Part shown: piece after piece, positions 24,311 through 33,901 of the stretch
How positions within the stretch are numbered: the stretch's first letter is position 1
How the letters are laid out: each line of letters begins with the position of its first letter
Notes under the pieces: model-generated
Seen by the model: the letters and a program-made list of their open reading frames with translations, nothing else
The model's database searches: none
Told to the model about the DNA's origin: nothing
Source: a virus
Lineage: Duplodnaviria; Caudoviricetes
IMG/VR virus record: IMGVR_UViG_3300044453_000030
Span: 1 to 34,993 of that record
Reading direction: 5' to 3' (one strand)
Length of the DNA: 34,993 bases
Translations under genes and position numbers: made by a program

Positions 24311-26394
24311 AGGTACGAAACTTTCTTTTGGTTTGTGACGGGCTTTTCGATCGGCTCTCCGAACCGAACACGTCCGGTAATGGACGCCGCTACGGCGGAC
24401 CCAACCAGACAATCGAACAGGTGGTTGTCGGGGCGGCCCGGAACGGGAGCCCACTCAATTAGTTTTCCGTATGGTCCTTCAGTTTCCGTGGGTGATTCAC
24501 TCCCACTGATATGTGCCGCGAATTCCTTGTGGACGCCCGTAGGCAGGAGGAAGGAACCCTTCTCACCGATATCCGTTCGTATTCGACGATGCACGAACGT
24601 CTTAACTGAGTTTGAACAGAACAGCACATACCGGGTCCCTCTTCGGTTCGCGTCAGCCATCATCCGCCAAGGGACGAACATGTCCTTACTCCGCTTCTCC
24701 CCTGATGACCGCTTCAGCAGCATCATCGGGGTATCCGCAGCTTTCACCCCACGACCGTAGGCAACGTAGACTCCACTCTGGCCTGACTGAAGCACACCGT
24801 TGTGAACCGCGTCAGACTGGTAACCTCCGTCAACCAGACCTACGTCGGCAGTCAGAACCACCCCATCCTCACGGGCGAATCGCTTCGTCTTCAGGGTCTT
24901 CACTAGATCACCGACAGCACGTTCGATAACCATCTCATCGCTCATCCCCTTGTACCGGCGTTGCAGGGTAGACCGGATGTTGGCATAGCCAAGCTTGCCA
25001 CCCTTCTGCTCGGGGTACATCCCATATTCGATCGGGTACATCGAGAAGTCCTCAGAGACTCCACTGATGCAGTAGTACAGTGCTCGCTTCTGGACGTCAA
25101 TATGAAACGCCAGAACGTCCACTTTGTTGGGGAGCTTCTTGTGCCGTCCCACCCTATGTTCGCAGATCTCCTCAGGAGTCATGAAATCCATACCCATTGG
25201 ATTCCGAGACACAGGCTCATTCTGACACTCGGAAGCAAAGACGTATGGGCCATCGTCAATCAAGATGTTGTAGGCGTGCTGGATCGCGGATACCTCACCA
25301 TCGAGCTCCGCGTAACAATGCACCCACGTCGCCTCCGCCCCCTTATCCATCTCCTCGCGGTTCCGGGTATAGAAGTCGTTGGCATCCTTGATGGCTCGGC
25401 GACGGTCGCCGGGATCCTCTGGATTGTACGTTCGTCTCAACTCAGCGTATGAGTCCATCCACAGATCCTCATGATTGTCAGACATCGTCCGCAACATGGG
25501 AATCCTAACGCCCTCAACCTCAGGGTGCTTCTCCTGACTCAGAAGCTGGTCAACCATATCGTCAGGCTCAATCACGGTCGCGTTGATTACACCGCTCAGA
25601 AGCTTATTATGCCCACCGAGGCGGAGGACTGATTTCTGATAGATGGACATTCGCTTCGCACACTGCGTTGGTGACATCGCCGATTCATCGGTCTGCGGGT
25701 CGTCGAGGATAAAGAAGTCTGGACGCTTCTTCTCACCGTCTGGAGTCTTCACACTCATGCCACGGATACGTCCGGTGATACCCAAACAGCGGAACATCGC
25801 TCCACTGTTCTTTAGGTACTCACCGTCATCACCCTTAACCCACGCAAACCCTAGCTCCTCGGCGGACCACTTAACGTAAGTTAGCTCGCCTCCGAGCTTC
25901 TGGGTTGCACATCGCTGAGACTTATTGTCAAGGTGCTTGAATGGTACAACCACCTCAGGGAAGTCCTCAGCAATCAGATCGTTCTCTGTGAGCTCAAACT
26001 TCAAGCTAGCAATCGTATCTGTAGCGGCACCCTTGTCCGCCCCGATGATCGGGATGAACTTCTTGTGTCCGTACAGGGATGCCCAGATCGCAGTATTCTC
26101 GGAGATCGTGGTCTTGCCAAACCCACGCGGGAAACACGTAAGGACAGTACCGCCCCCCTCGATGATTGCATACTGCATCCTGAGGATAGCTGTCTCGTGG
26201 TCATCGCTGAACGGCTTCAGCCCCGTTGAATGGGGGAAGTACGTTCGGAGAAACAGAGACAGGTCTCTTTCGCACGAAGCTCGCCTAGTCGGGTCTTTAG
26301 GCTTAGGAATACCAGAGACGGTTGAGGCTTCCTCAATCTTCCGACTCTGGTATTTCTGCTGTGCGGAATATACCCCGGCGGTGGGGGCGCTCAC
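24307..26394 (-). CDS. terL: terminase large subunit with GpA-like nuclease domain
   Basis: Walker A PRGFGKTT, Walker B FILDDPQTD, FASECQNEP, HIDVQ, VDGGY, DNHLFDC. Confidence 0.93.
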   Translation of the reverse strand: MSAPTAGVYSAQQKYQSRKIEEASTVSGIPKPKDPTRRASCERDLSLFLRTYFPHSTGLKPFSDDHETAILRMQYAIIEGGGTVLTCFPRGFGKTTISENTAIWASLYGHKKFIPIIGADKGAATDTIASLKFELTENDLIAEDFPEVVVPFKHLDNKSQRCATQKLGGELTYVKWSAEELGFAWVKGDDGEYLKNSGAMFRCLGITGRIRGMSVKTPDGEKKRPDFFILDDPQTDESAMSPTQCAKRMSIYQKSVLRLGGHNKLLSGVINATVIEPDDMVDQLLSQEKHPEVEGVRIPMLRTMSDNHEDLWMDSYAELRRTYNPEDPGDRRRAIKDANDFYTRNREEMDKGAEATWVHCYAELDGEVSAIQHAYNILIDDGPYVFASECQNEPVSRNPMGMDFMTPEEICEHRVGRHKKLPNKVDVLAFHIDVQKRALYYCISGVSEDFSMYPIEYGMYPEQKGGKLGYANIRSTLQRRYKGMSDEMVIERAVGDLVKTLKTKRFAREDGVVLTADVGLVDGGYQSDAVHNGVLQSGQSGVYVAYGRGVKAADTPMMLLKRSSGEKRSKDMFVPWRMMADANRRGTRYVLFCSNSVKTFVHRRIRTDIGEKGSFLLPTGVHKEFAAHISGSESPTETEGPYGKLIEWAPVPGRPDNHLFDCLVGSAVAASITGRVRFGEPIEKPVTNQKKVSYL

Positions 26395-26564
26395 AGTTCT
26401 TTACGCTCTACCTTCTTGGCAGGTTTCTTCTTGTCGCACTGCTTACACTCCAGCTTCGCGACCTGCTCCTCCAGCAGTCGACATGCAGCCTTAATCTCTC
26501 GGCGATTGGCCTTGCGACCTTCCGCAGCGTTGATCAGACATTTAACAGCTTCTTCAATCTTCAT
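26391..26564 (-). CDS. 57-aa basic protein (absent from ORF track)
   Basis: MKIEEAVKCLINAAEGRKANRREIKAACRLLEEQVAKLECKQCDKKKPAKKVERKEL; GTGA overlap with terL. Confidence 0.75.
   Translation of the reverse strand: MKIEEAVKCLINAAEGRKANRREIKAACRLLEEQVAKLECKQCDKKKPAKKVERKEL
26413..26432. repeat. 20-nt direct repeat, copy upstream of terL
   Basis: TTCTTGGCAGGTTTCTTCTT. Confidence 0.8.
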
Positions 26565-26566
26565 GA

Positions 26567-26944
26567 TTAGTTCCCGTATACTTCGTTCAGGTTGACAACA
26601 ACAGAGTCCAGCCAGAACTCTGATCCACTGGCCAGAGTCACTTTGTACTCCAGCCGATAACTGACGTCGGGGTCAGTTGTAATAGTGTGGCCCACGTCAT
26701 GTTTGAAGTTGTACCCCACGTTATCCTTAGTCCAACGAACGTCCGTCTGCAATGTGTCGTAGACAACGTTCGCAACAGTCAGGGGAGTTAGGGCGGTGAT
26801 GACTGCCTTCGTCCCCTCATTGATTACCGCGTATTCGATTGACGATACGTCGGCCTGAACCATGGCAACCCCGTCGACATACACCCGATACATCAGGGAG
26901 AAGCTAGACGCCTCATTTACTCGGAATACCTCAAGACAACTCAC
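26567..26944 (-). CDS. hypothetical beta-rich (Ig-like?) virion protein
   Basis: GGAG RBS, GTG start, coupled at both ends. Confidence 0.7.
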   Translation of the reverse strand: MSCLEVFRVNEASSFSLMYRVYVDGVAMVQADVSSIEYAVINEGTKAVITALTPLTVANVVYDTLQTDVRWTKDNVGYNFKHDVGHTITTDPDVSYRLEYKVTLASGSEFWLDSVVVNLNEVYGN

Positions 26945-27099
26945 GGTTGGTCTCCGTTCTTATAAAAGTCAATTTCGTCCCCAGACTGGGCCATTCCCAC
27001 AACCGTCTGATTAGAGTACATGGCGACGGCGCCCACGTGGCCGATCTGTACGATGACCGTCGCGGAGCCGAATGCCGAGTAGTGCCACCAAACCCACAT
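26941..27099 (-). CDS. 52-aa hypothetical protein (absent from ORF track)
   Basis: MWVWWHYSAFGSATVIVQIGHVGAVAMYSNQTVVGMAQSGDEIDFYKNGDQP; TGATG and GTGA overlaps at its ends. Confidence 0.7.
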   Translation of the reverse strand: MWVWWHYSAFGSATVIVQIGHVGAVAMYSNQTVVGMAQSGDEIDFYKNGDQP

Positions 27100-28280
27100 C
27101 AGGAAACTCCAGTGATGTTGTCAGCAGATGCTGAGGTCGTGACGGTGTAGGTCTGGAACGTTGTGTCGTCGCTTGGCTTCTTCGCCGTCAGGACTCCGCC
27201 CACCAGTGAGGCGTTCGTGGACATCATGACAGTTCCAGCAACTGAGTGTTTGCCCGCGGCAGCCTCAACTGTTGTTGTGATGCCGGTGACCTGTACGTTA
27301 TAGACGTTGGCCCACTCTGTGCCAAAGCCCGCGGGAATGAGATCCGTCTTGGCCTTGATGGAGTCTACAACAGTGTCGACAGTGGCCAAGTTTGCAGCAG
27401 TTGCCAGAGAACTGACGTCAGCCTTAAAGGCATCCTCGTTGGTTCCGCTGGTGAAGTAGGAATAGATCGTCGCCGCGTCGTCCCCACCCCCACCTGTCAA
27501 GGCGTTTGAGTCCACCTGATTGGCGACGGTGAACGTCAACTGGTCGGTCTTGACCTTTACAGCATCTACTACCGTGTCGACAGTATCAACCTTGCCTTCG
27601 ATGGTGGTCAGGGTTGCGGGCAGTGTTGTTCCGGTGTCGATGAGGATAGCATCTACGTTCGAATCGACAGTGTCCACGCTGCTCTGGGTGGCTGCTGATG
27701 TCATGAATACCGGAATAACTCGGGCCGTTGTCCCGTCACTCACCTTGTATTCGAGCACCCCATAAGTCGGTCGTTCACTTCCGTTGTAGGGTATTGAGTA
27801 TACGTGAGAGTCGCCGGTAGACCGTACGAAAGACGGAGTGTCGGCAGATGCCGAGAACGCGGCTCCGTTCACACTGTACTGCAAAGTAAATGAAGCTGAA
27901 GACGAAGTCCACTCAAAGTATATCGCCTGTGTGTTGTCGTGAGACCTGTATACAGGTTCATAGTACGTCGACTCATCGTTAATTACGAAGTCTGAAAGTT
28001 GCAGGTCCCTCTCCGCAGATACGGTATAAGACCCTGTATCATCCTGTAGGTACACCCACCCGGTGGCAATCACCGTACCAGCGGAGTCCTCTACATAACA
28101 GTAGAAGGTCCCGTTCAGGGCCTCTGTAACTGTCGCTGAGTAGAGACCCTTCCGGTTTGTGTCCTCCGACAGGGAGTCCCCAGATCCGTTCGAGATCGTG
28201 TCACTGCCGTCGAGGCAGACAAACACAGTCAGTCCTGTTTGTCCCTCGTTTAGGGACCATCTTAGATTAGTGTTGGCCAT
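27099..28280 (-). CDS. putative virion fibre with coiled-coil repeats
   Basis: Repeated VDTVVD.(V/I)K.KTD units; Thr/Ser-rich beta N-terminal domains. Confidence 0.65.
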   Translation of the reverse strand: MANTNLRWSLNEGQTGLTVFVCLDGSDTISNGSGDSLSEDTNRKGLYSATVTEALNGTFYCYVEDSAGTVIATGWVYLQDDTGSYTVSAERDLQLSDFVINDESTYYEPVYRSHDNTQAIYFEWTSSSASFTLQYSVNGAAFSASADTPSFVRSTGDSHVYSIPYNGSERPTYGVLEYKVSDGTTARVIPVFMTSAATQSSVDTVDSNVDAILIDTGTTLPATLTTIEGKVDTVDTVVDAVKVKTDQLTFTVANQVDSNALTGGGGDDAATIYSYFTSGTNEDAFKADVSSLATAANLATVDTVVDSIKAKTDLIPAGFGTEWANVYNVQVTGITTTVEAAAGKHSVAGTVMMSTNASLVGGVLTAKKPSDDTTFQTYTVTTSASADNITGVS

Positions 28281-28296
28281 TCTGTGATCCTATACG

Positions 28297-29595
28297 TTAG
28301 GGGACGTCGTTGACGATATCGGCTGATGTCATGTTGTACATGACAAAAGTACAATTGGCTTGAGTCCCGTTGTCCTGTAGATTGGGGTATGAATCTCCGT
28401 CTCCCATCCTCCACCAGTGGTCTGGAGGGTCTGTCAGGGTCGACAGGTCAAACGGTACCCCGCTGTTATAAATGTCTGCCACTACTGAAGACTGGTCCCC
28501 CTCAAAAATAGCAAGCTCATCAACTCTGCAGTTGTTCCTTAGACTCTGTCCGTTGTTCCACCTACCTACCCGAAAGTTCTGCCCCGATATAGATCCGGTG
28601 TATCCGTAGTTCTGCTGACTGCCCAACAGGGATTGAGACACCCCATCGATGTAAACAGAGAACCGCCCATAGTAGCTGTTGATAGATCCCGAGGATGATC
28701 CTGTGGTACCCCCATCGTAAACAACCAGAACATGGTGCCATGTTCCAGAGGTTAGCGAGTATGCAGGAGTGGTAAGCTCTAGTCTGTTGTTGTTTGATCC
28801 GTACCGAACAACTAAGTTCTCTGCGGTTGATGCTCCGCTGTATTTTATCTGCAGCTGTCCGTTGTTGGCGACGTCTTGCGCCCCAAAATAGAGGATCGTT
28901 TGATTTGCGTTCGATGCAGTACCCGGTTTGAAGTAAAAGGATACGGACCAAGCATCTCCCGAACCTGCGCCGTTAGAGGCTCTGCCAAGAATTCCGTCCA
29001 GCAGTGCGGCGTTGGCCCCGAGGTAGTCGTTGTTGTTGAAGTTGACGCTCTTGGTGTTGGCGAAAGAGGGAGAGGATACCGTAAGGACCAAAGTCTCGGA
29101 GTCCTCCCCGTTGTAGTTGATGGCTTTTACCGGAATGTTGTATGTGGCCGAGGTCAATCCCGAACCACCTACCAACTTGCGAGGGTTTCCCTCGACGGTG
29201 GTGATTCCGGGAACCGAGCTCAGATCCCACTCATAACCGACAGCATAGTCCGCAGTGAGTTCATAGTTAATCGGACTGCCCTGAACACTGCTGATTGCCA
29301 AACTGCTGGTGATTACCGGAAGGTTGGTTAGCGGAGTGCCAGATATTGAGAACTCCGCATTGAGGTTGTTGCACACCTCTACGGCGGTGTTACCCCACGC
29401 ATCTCCGTTCTGATCAACGAACTCGGTGTAGTCAGTATCTGATACGGCGTTAATATCTCGTACCAAATCGACTACGGTGCAAGTGTCGGTTCCCGGAGGA
29501 ACCGTAGCTTGCAGACTGTTCAAGAACTGAGGACCGTTCGGACCTTCAACAAAAATAGCATTCGCGTCCGCATCTTTATAGATCGTTACCGTCAT
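28297..29595 (-). CDS. LamG/concanavalin-like jelly-roll protein with an Ig-like domain
   Basis: WSVSFYFKP, WHHVLVVYDG, VYIDGV, RVDELAIF, HWWRMGDG. Confidence 0.8.
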   Translation of the reverse strand: MTVTIYKDADANAIFVEGPNGPQFLNSLQATVPPGTDTCTVVDLVRDINAVSDTDYTEFVDQNGDAWGNTAVEVCNNLNAEFSISGTPLTNLPVITSSLAISSVQGSPINYELTADYAVGYEWDLSSVPGITTVEGNPRKLVGGSGLTSATYNIPVKAINYNGEDSETLVLTVSSPSFANTKSVNFNNNDYLGANAALLDGILGRASNGAGSGDAWSVSFYFKPGTASNANQTILYFGAQDVANNGQLQIKYSGASTAENLVVRYGSNNNRLELTTPAYSLTSGTWHHVLVVYDGGTTGSSSGSINSYYGRFSVYIDGVSQSLLGSQQNYGYTGSISGQNFRVGRWNNGQSLRNNCRVDELAIFEGDQSSVVADIYNSGVPFDLSTLTDPPDHWWRMGDGDSYPNLQDNGTQANCTFVMYNMTSADIVNDVP

Positions 29596-30098
29596 CCGCC
29601 TACCCTTTTAATTACTTGTATTGCACATCCAGCGTTCACAAAAGACCCGGCACTGGTCAACTTTACCTGAAGGACGCCCTCATTATCTCGGGTATTCGCA
29701 TCCCCCATGTAAATGAGATCGGGTTCTAGAGAAATTCTGTACCCAATCCCAGAACCTTCGTCCAACCTGCCCAACCTCTTCTGGAGGTAGTACAGGCCGC
29801 CTCCCGTGCCGAGTTGGTACCGCAACTCAAGAGATGCATTGTTTACATTCGGTGTGACGGTTATGTCGTTCCGGATCAGAACGGTATCACCTAGCTCAAG
29901 TTCCGAGAAATCAAAGGCTCCCGTGGAAGTGTTCATCAACTCCGAGACTCCACGAGGGGGGTAGTTCTTGTTGGTGAAAGAACCTAACCCGTCGTTAGGC
30001 ACAGTCGTCCACGTGTCCGCCACAAGTGTAACAGCAGTTGTCGAGGTGGACGTGTCGTTGTAGTCTATGAAGCCCCCAGATAACGTGAAATTTGGCAT
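29592..30098 (-). CDS. hypothetical beta-sandwich protein
   Basis: ATGA-coupled to the LamG gene; alternating hydrophobic strands. Confidence 0.7.
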   Translation of the reverse strand: MPNFTLSGGFIDYNDTSTSTTAVTLVADTWTTVPNDGLGSFTNKNYPPRGVSELMNTSTGAFDFSELELGDTVLIRNDITVTPNVNNASLELRYQLGTGGGLYYLQKRLGRLDEGSGIGYRISLEPDLIYMGDANTRDNEGVLQVKLTSAGSFVNAGCAIQVIKRVGG

Positions 30099-30099
30099 T

Positions 30100-30579
30100 C
30101 TAAAACGCTTTCAATTTACGGGATGTCTGAGAAGAGTTGATCTGACTGGACACGGCATCTGTATCCGCCTGAGTTGCCGGGAACGTATCGCCGGTCAAGC
30201 CGGTTCCGTCATACTGGAGTTCGAGGTTATCTGCTGCGGTTGCGTCCCCGGAGATCTGAACAACGTTCACATCATCATCAGATACTACAAACTCCCATGA
30301 GTTCGTATAGGTCACTGCGGAGATAACTGCAGACTCCTCGACGGTGTACTGGTCGCCATCCACTTCACTGGCAGGGTTATAACTACAGTCATAAATTCCC
30401 GTGGTAGCTGATCGCTTCGTGACAGTCACACTATCAGCGGTAGAAGCCCCGTTCTTTCGGATTGCCACTGTGGGTGTACCTGTCGCGTCGATGAGTGTAA
30501 CCCCATCAGTCGGGTCATATAGTCGGACCACCCAATAGAGGGTGTTGTCCTTCTTCAGACTGCTCGGTCTCTTGCTCAT
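30100..30579 (-). CDS. hypothetical virion accessory protein
   Basis: AGGA RBS; Thr-rich Ig-like N-terminus, then VNVVQISGDATAADNLE. Confidence 0.7.
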   Translation of the reverse strand: MSKRPSSLKKDNTLYWVVRLYDPTDGVTLIDATGTPTVAIRKNGASTADSVTVTKRSATTGIYDCSYNPASEVDGDQYTVEESAVISAVTYTNSWEFVVSDDDVNVVQISGDATAADNLELQYDGTGLTGDTFPATQADTDAVSSQINSSQTSRKLKAF

Positions 30580-30588
30580 TCTTATTTC

Positions 30589-31404
30589 CTAGTAAACGAT
30601 TGATCTGAAGGGGTCAAAGGAAGTTCCGCCACCGCCGCCACCACCCGGGGCTGATGTTGGTGCCCCGCCGGAAAATGGGTGCCATGTAGGGAGTGTAATA
30701 CCATACGTATCCGCAAGCACGCCCTCAATCCACGCATGCTCACTCAATTCCGTTTCATCCCAAAACACTAGCTCCGCGAGCAACCCGTCAAAGTTAGCTA
30801 AACTACTCTCCCCAAAAGACGCATAAACAGTAGCGTTCGGGTTGGCATGCGTCGGTTGGCCGCCGACTGTATTCGTGCTGTGCGACCCATCCAATTTTAT
30901 GGCGACATTCCCTTTTCCGTGGATACCTGTGATAAGGTATGACGTTGTTGCCGAGACCGAACCGGGGGAGCTCCGGTAGAACCCTCGCGATGTATCTCGC
31001 ATCCCCAGCAACACACTACCATCCGAGTACGCTTGACCCTCGATAACAGTGTTTGCGGCGTTATACGCGGGAGTGCCGGACGCCTTGTTTACGTGGTACA
31101 GCGTGTTCCAGTTCTTTAGCACATCTAAATAGATTACGGCGGCCCAACTCGCGTTGTCTATTCCGGACAGTGTCTTTGACGCAGTGATCATCCAGTCATC
31201 TGTACCATCCAACTCGATAGCTGGTTGGGAGTTGATTGAGGACGTGGCCCGATAGAGTGGCCGTTCTGTCCCAGAGGCCGTCATGTCCCAACTGGAGATA
31301 GATTCAGGCAGCGTGCCTACCGGATCGCCATCGGCCACCCCTGATATATCCGCAGCATTCCAATGGGCAATAACTGATGTAAGATCATCAATTGCAAAGG
31401 CCAT
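30589..31404 (-). CDS. LamG/concanavalin-like protein
   Basis: HWNAADI..DGDPV..RPLY..INSQPAIELDGTDD..FDGLLAELVFWD..YGI; poly-Gly near the C-terminus. Confidence 0.7.
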   Translation of the reverse strand: MAFAIDDLTSVIAHWNAADISGVADGDPVGTLPESISSWDMTASGTERPLYRATSSINSQPAIELDGTDDWMITASKTLSGIDNASWAAVIYLDVLKNWNTLYHVNKASGTPAYNAANTVIEGQAYSDGSVLLGMRDTSRGFYRSSPGSVSATTSYLITGIHGKGNVAIKLDGSHSTNTVGGQPTHANPNATVYASFGESSLANFDGLLAELVFWDETELSEHAWIEGVLADTYGITLPTWHPFSGGAPTSAPGGGGGGGTSFDPFRSIVY

Positions 31405-31407
31405 TAG

Positions 31408-31959
31408 TTACGCCTCCAGAATAGCTTGAAGCCTCACATCCGCCCCCGGAATACCTGCGTTCGCCTCATTGATTACTGAGTCCACATGGGTCCGGACCTG
31501 CTCGCTCAGAGCCAACTGAGCGTCTTCCGCGTCCTTACCCGCACGGGCTGCAGCAACGGCAGCAGCGTCAACCTGATAGGGTCGACCACCACCGAGCTCA
31601 TACCACGCATCTGCCTGATCCTGAGTGATGCAAACACCGATCATCTCATTGAAGGCCGCGGCAACCATGCCGGCATACTGCGGGAGGTCCGTTCGGACTG
31701 ATGCCCCTTCGCCCCAAAGAGCAGAGAACAGCACGCCAAGAATACCCTTCGCGGAGTCCGAAATCTGATTGCCATCGATGGCCACCTGAATAGACCCACC
31801 CATTGATCCGGGAGAGATCTGATACCACAGACCTCCATCGCGAAGGAACTCCTTAGCGACAGCGTTCGGGATACGATCAGCGGTGATTGTGTTCAGGTCA
31901 GTTGCAATAGAGGCATCGGAGTTCCCTTCGATGCCCAGTTCTATAACTTTATCCCACAT
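31408..31959 (-). CDS. hypothetical protein
   Basis: AGGA RBS; in operon; mostly helical. Confidence 0.7.
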   Translation of the reverse strand: MWDKVIELGIEGNSDASIATDLNTITADRIPNAVAKEFLRDGGLWYQISPGSMGGSIQVAIDGNQISDSAKGILGVLFSALWGEGASVRTDLPQYAGMVAAAFNEMIGVCITQDQADAWYELGGGRPYQVDAAAVAAARAGKDAEDAQLALSEQVRTHVDSVINEANAGIPGADVRLQAILEA

Positions 31960-31969
31960 GTTAGCTGTC

Positions 31970-32383
31970 CTACAGAGTGATTGCTGAAGTTGGAATCAAT
32001 ACCTGCATCTGAACGTCGGTTGTGCTCTCTGCGATGAACACAGGAACACAACTGTCGCCAGCACCTAGGTCAGCGAAGGGGGCAATCTTGCCAGCCGTTC
32101 CGGATCCAGACAGGTAGTATACGGCACCCTTCGTCAGGGTAACACCAGTTAAGCTCAGACGGGAACCAGACTGGGCCAGAATTGGATACTCGCCAGAGGC
32201 CCCACCCGTCAGGGAGATGCCCGCCACGCTCAGCTTCGTCGAACTGGTGCCGTCTGCCTTCGCATAGCCTGTGCCATCATGATACATGAGGTCACCAATT
32301 GCAAAAGCCTCTGTAGCGGTTGTGGCCGTCTTCAGAGTGCCGGGGGCGACGACATCAATCGCCGTGATTGCTAGATCTGCCAT
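31970..32383 (-). CDS. putative capsid decoration/cement (DUF2190-like) protein
   Basis: MADLAITA..EAFAIGD..AKAD..AGISL..G.VYYLS..AGKIAP.ADL. Confidence 0.6.
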   Translation of the reverse strand: MADLAITAIDVVAPGTLKTATTATEAFAIGDLMYHDGTGYAKADGTSSTKLSVAGISLTGGASGEYPILAQSGSRLSLTGVTLTKGAVYYLSGSGTAGKIAPFADLGAGDSCVPVFIAESTTDVQMQVLIPTSAITL

Positions 32384-32703
32384 TACTCATTCTCTCCGAT
32401 GTATTTGTCCCAAAAGTAAATGATCAGGTGGTTAATCAATGGAGCCAAAACCCATCGAATCAGAATCGGACCCCACATGATCTTAGTCACCACCTTGGCG
32501 ACCTGTTTCGGAGGAGTCTCATCATTAATGACCCCTGAATCCTCCGCTTCTCTAATCGCGTCAGCGACACGATCAATCAACAATCTTCGTTTGCGGGACT
32601 TACGCCACCGCCCCTCATTAACAAAAGAATCGGCTGGTAGGTACTTGACCCGCGTCAGCCGACTCGCACGGGCTAGCCGTGCCTCCCTGTTCCATCGCGT
32701 CAT
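32383..32703 (-). CDS. basic protein with C-terminal hydrophobic helix
   Basis: Arg-rich N-terminus; IMWGPILIRWVLAPLINHLIIYFW; coupled at both ends. Confidence 0.7.
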   Translation of the reverse strand: MTRWNREARLARASRLTRVKYLPADSFVNEGRWRKSRKRRLLIDRVADAIREAEDSGVINDETPPKQVAKVVTKIMWGPILIRWVLAPLINHLIIYFWDKYIGENE

Positions 32704-33128
32704 TTGATCTCCGCGTTCAGTTTAGCAGCAGATGTGTATCCTTCGAACCGCTTTACTTCGGTGACCTTGTCACCCTCAACCTTCTCGATGATGAAAGTGG
32801 GCCAATAGCGAATGCCCTCCGGAGCACCCTTGCTATACTCTTTGATGACAAGGGTCCCCGAGACCTTCTTCTTTTCGTTCGACTTCCATCGCTGACAGGG
32901 GCCGCACCATGTGGCCGAGTACATGACGACTCGGTACTCCGGCTCCGCCACAGGGACAGGGGCCGGGACAGGGGCCGGTTCCTCTGCAACCTCCTCTGGG
33001 CGGAGGGAAACGGCAATAGCGTCGACATCGATACTTGGTAATTCAGGTTTTCCACAATTGCACCCACAATCTTCAGAAGGGCAACAGCCGCAGACTAACA
33101 AACAAAGTAGTGTGATTCTACCTACCAC
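32700..33128 (-). CDS. exported, probably lipid-anchored thioredoxin-fold protein
   Basis: Signal-like ITLLCLLVCGC, Cys cluster, Pro-rich linker, SATWCGPC active site, cis-Pro motif WPTFII, RFEGY. Confidence 0.85.
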   Translation of the reverse strand: MVGRITLLCLLVCGCCPSEDCGCNCGKPELPSIDVDAIAVSLRPEEVAEEPAPVPAPVPVAEPEYRVVMYSATWCGPCQRWKSNEKKKVSGTLVIKEYSKGAPEGIRYWPTFIIEKVEGDKVTEVKRFEGYTSAAKLNAEIK

Positions 33129-33901
33129 AACGGTGACTCCTCAATCCAATCAACTGGGTCAGCTTTCTCTGAGCCCTTGATTCCGATTGCCGCTGTCCAG
33201 CGGTAACCCATCATCTGTTTAAAGGCGTTAGGAGTGACCCGAAACTCGCCATCTCCGTGGCTGTTCATAAACCGAAGAAGTCCGTCCTTCGTGTACCCAA
33301 GGATGGCCACTGCATGGCCACCAGTACGTCGTGGGGGTCGGTATGACCGGACAACCCTGTCGCGAGGGATTATGCCGCCGTACCACAAAATACCGATGTT
33401 GATGGCACCGCCGCCACCAATGAAGTCCATAACCGCGTCTACGTCGTTCGAGACACGCCAAGTGGACTTCGCCCTAAAAGGCGTCTGCCGGTCCCACCAG
33501 CTTAATATCTCACCCCGTCTGGCCTTCCCCGGATATCGGGCGGGGGAAGGGTATGGGACGTTCGCCTCAGTAGGGATGCTTCGCAGAGCAACCTTAACAC
33601 CACTGGTGATAGTTGATCCGCTATCGCCACCAAGGAGGCCATCTAGTTTCTGCGATGCCAAGTAGGCATAGATTCGGCTCAGTTGGACTCCCTTGTGCAC
33701 CCCTCCCACATTAGCGAGACGCTCAAGGCAGGATGTGATTGAATTGCCCTGACAGCTTCCGATGCTGCCTTGGTTCTCCCGCTTGATGTCGTCCAGCTTT
33801 ACTTCTTGAGGACGTGCAAACGCAAAAGAAGGCACGTCGGCAAGGTTGCCGATCATGTCCCTATCCTCTTGCTCAAGCAGAATCTTATTGGCGTTCCGCA
33901 C
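33122..33901 (-). CDS. papain-like cysteine peptidase (clan CA, family C1)
   Basis: NQGSIGSC (Gln and catalytic Cys), D.GS, GGHAVAILGY (His), MNSHG (Asn); no signal peptide. Confidence 0.88.
   Translation of the reverse strand: MRNANKILLEQEDRDMIGNLADVPSFAFARPQEVKLDDIKRENQGSIGSCQGNSITSCLERLANVGGVHKGVQLSRIYAYLASQKLDGLLGGDSGSTITSGVKVALRSIPTEANVPYPSPARYPGKARRGEILSWWDRQTPFRAKSTWRVSNDVDAVMDFIGGGGAINIGILWYGGIIPRDRVVRSYRPPRRTGGHAVAILGYTKDGLLRFMNSHGDGEFRVTPNAFKQMMGYRWTAAIGIKGSEKADPVDWIEESPLW

Noticed and set aside
27340-27680. Repeats in the fibre gene as a diversity-generating retroelement VR/TR pair
   Set aside because: Differences are not adenine-specific and there is no reverse transcriptase; these are protein-level repeats
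32953-32978. 12-nt tandem repeat GGGACAGGGGCC
   Set aside because: Simply encodes the PAPVPAPVP linker of the thioredoxin
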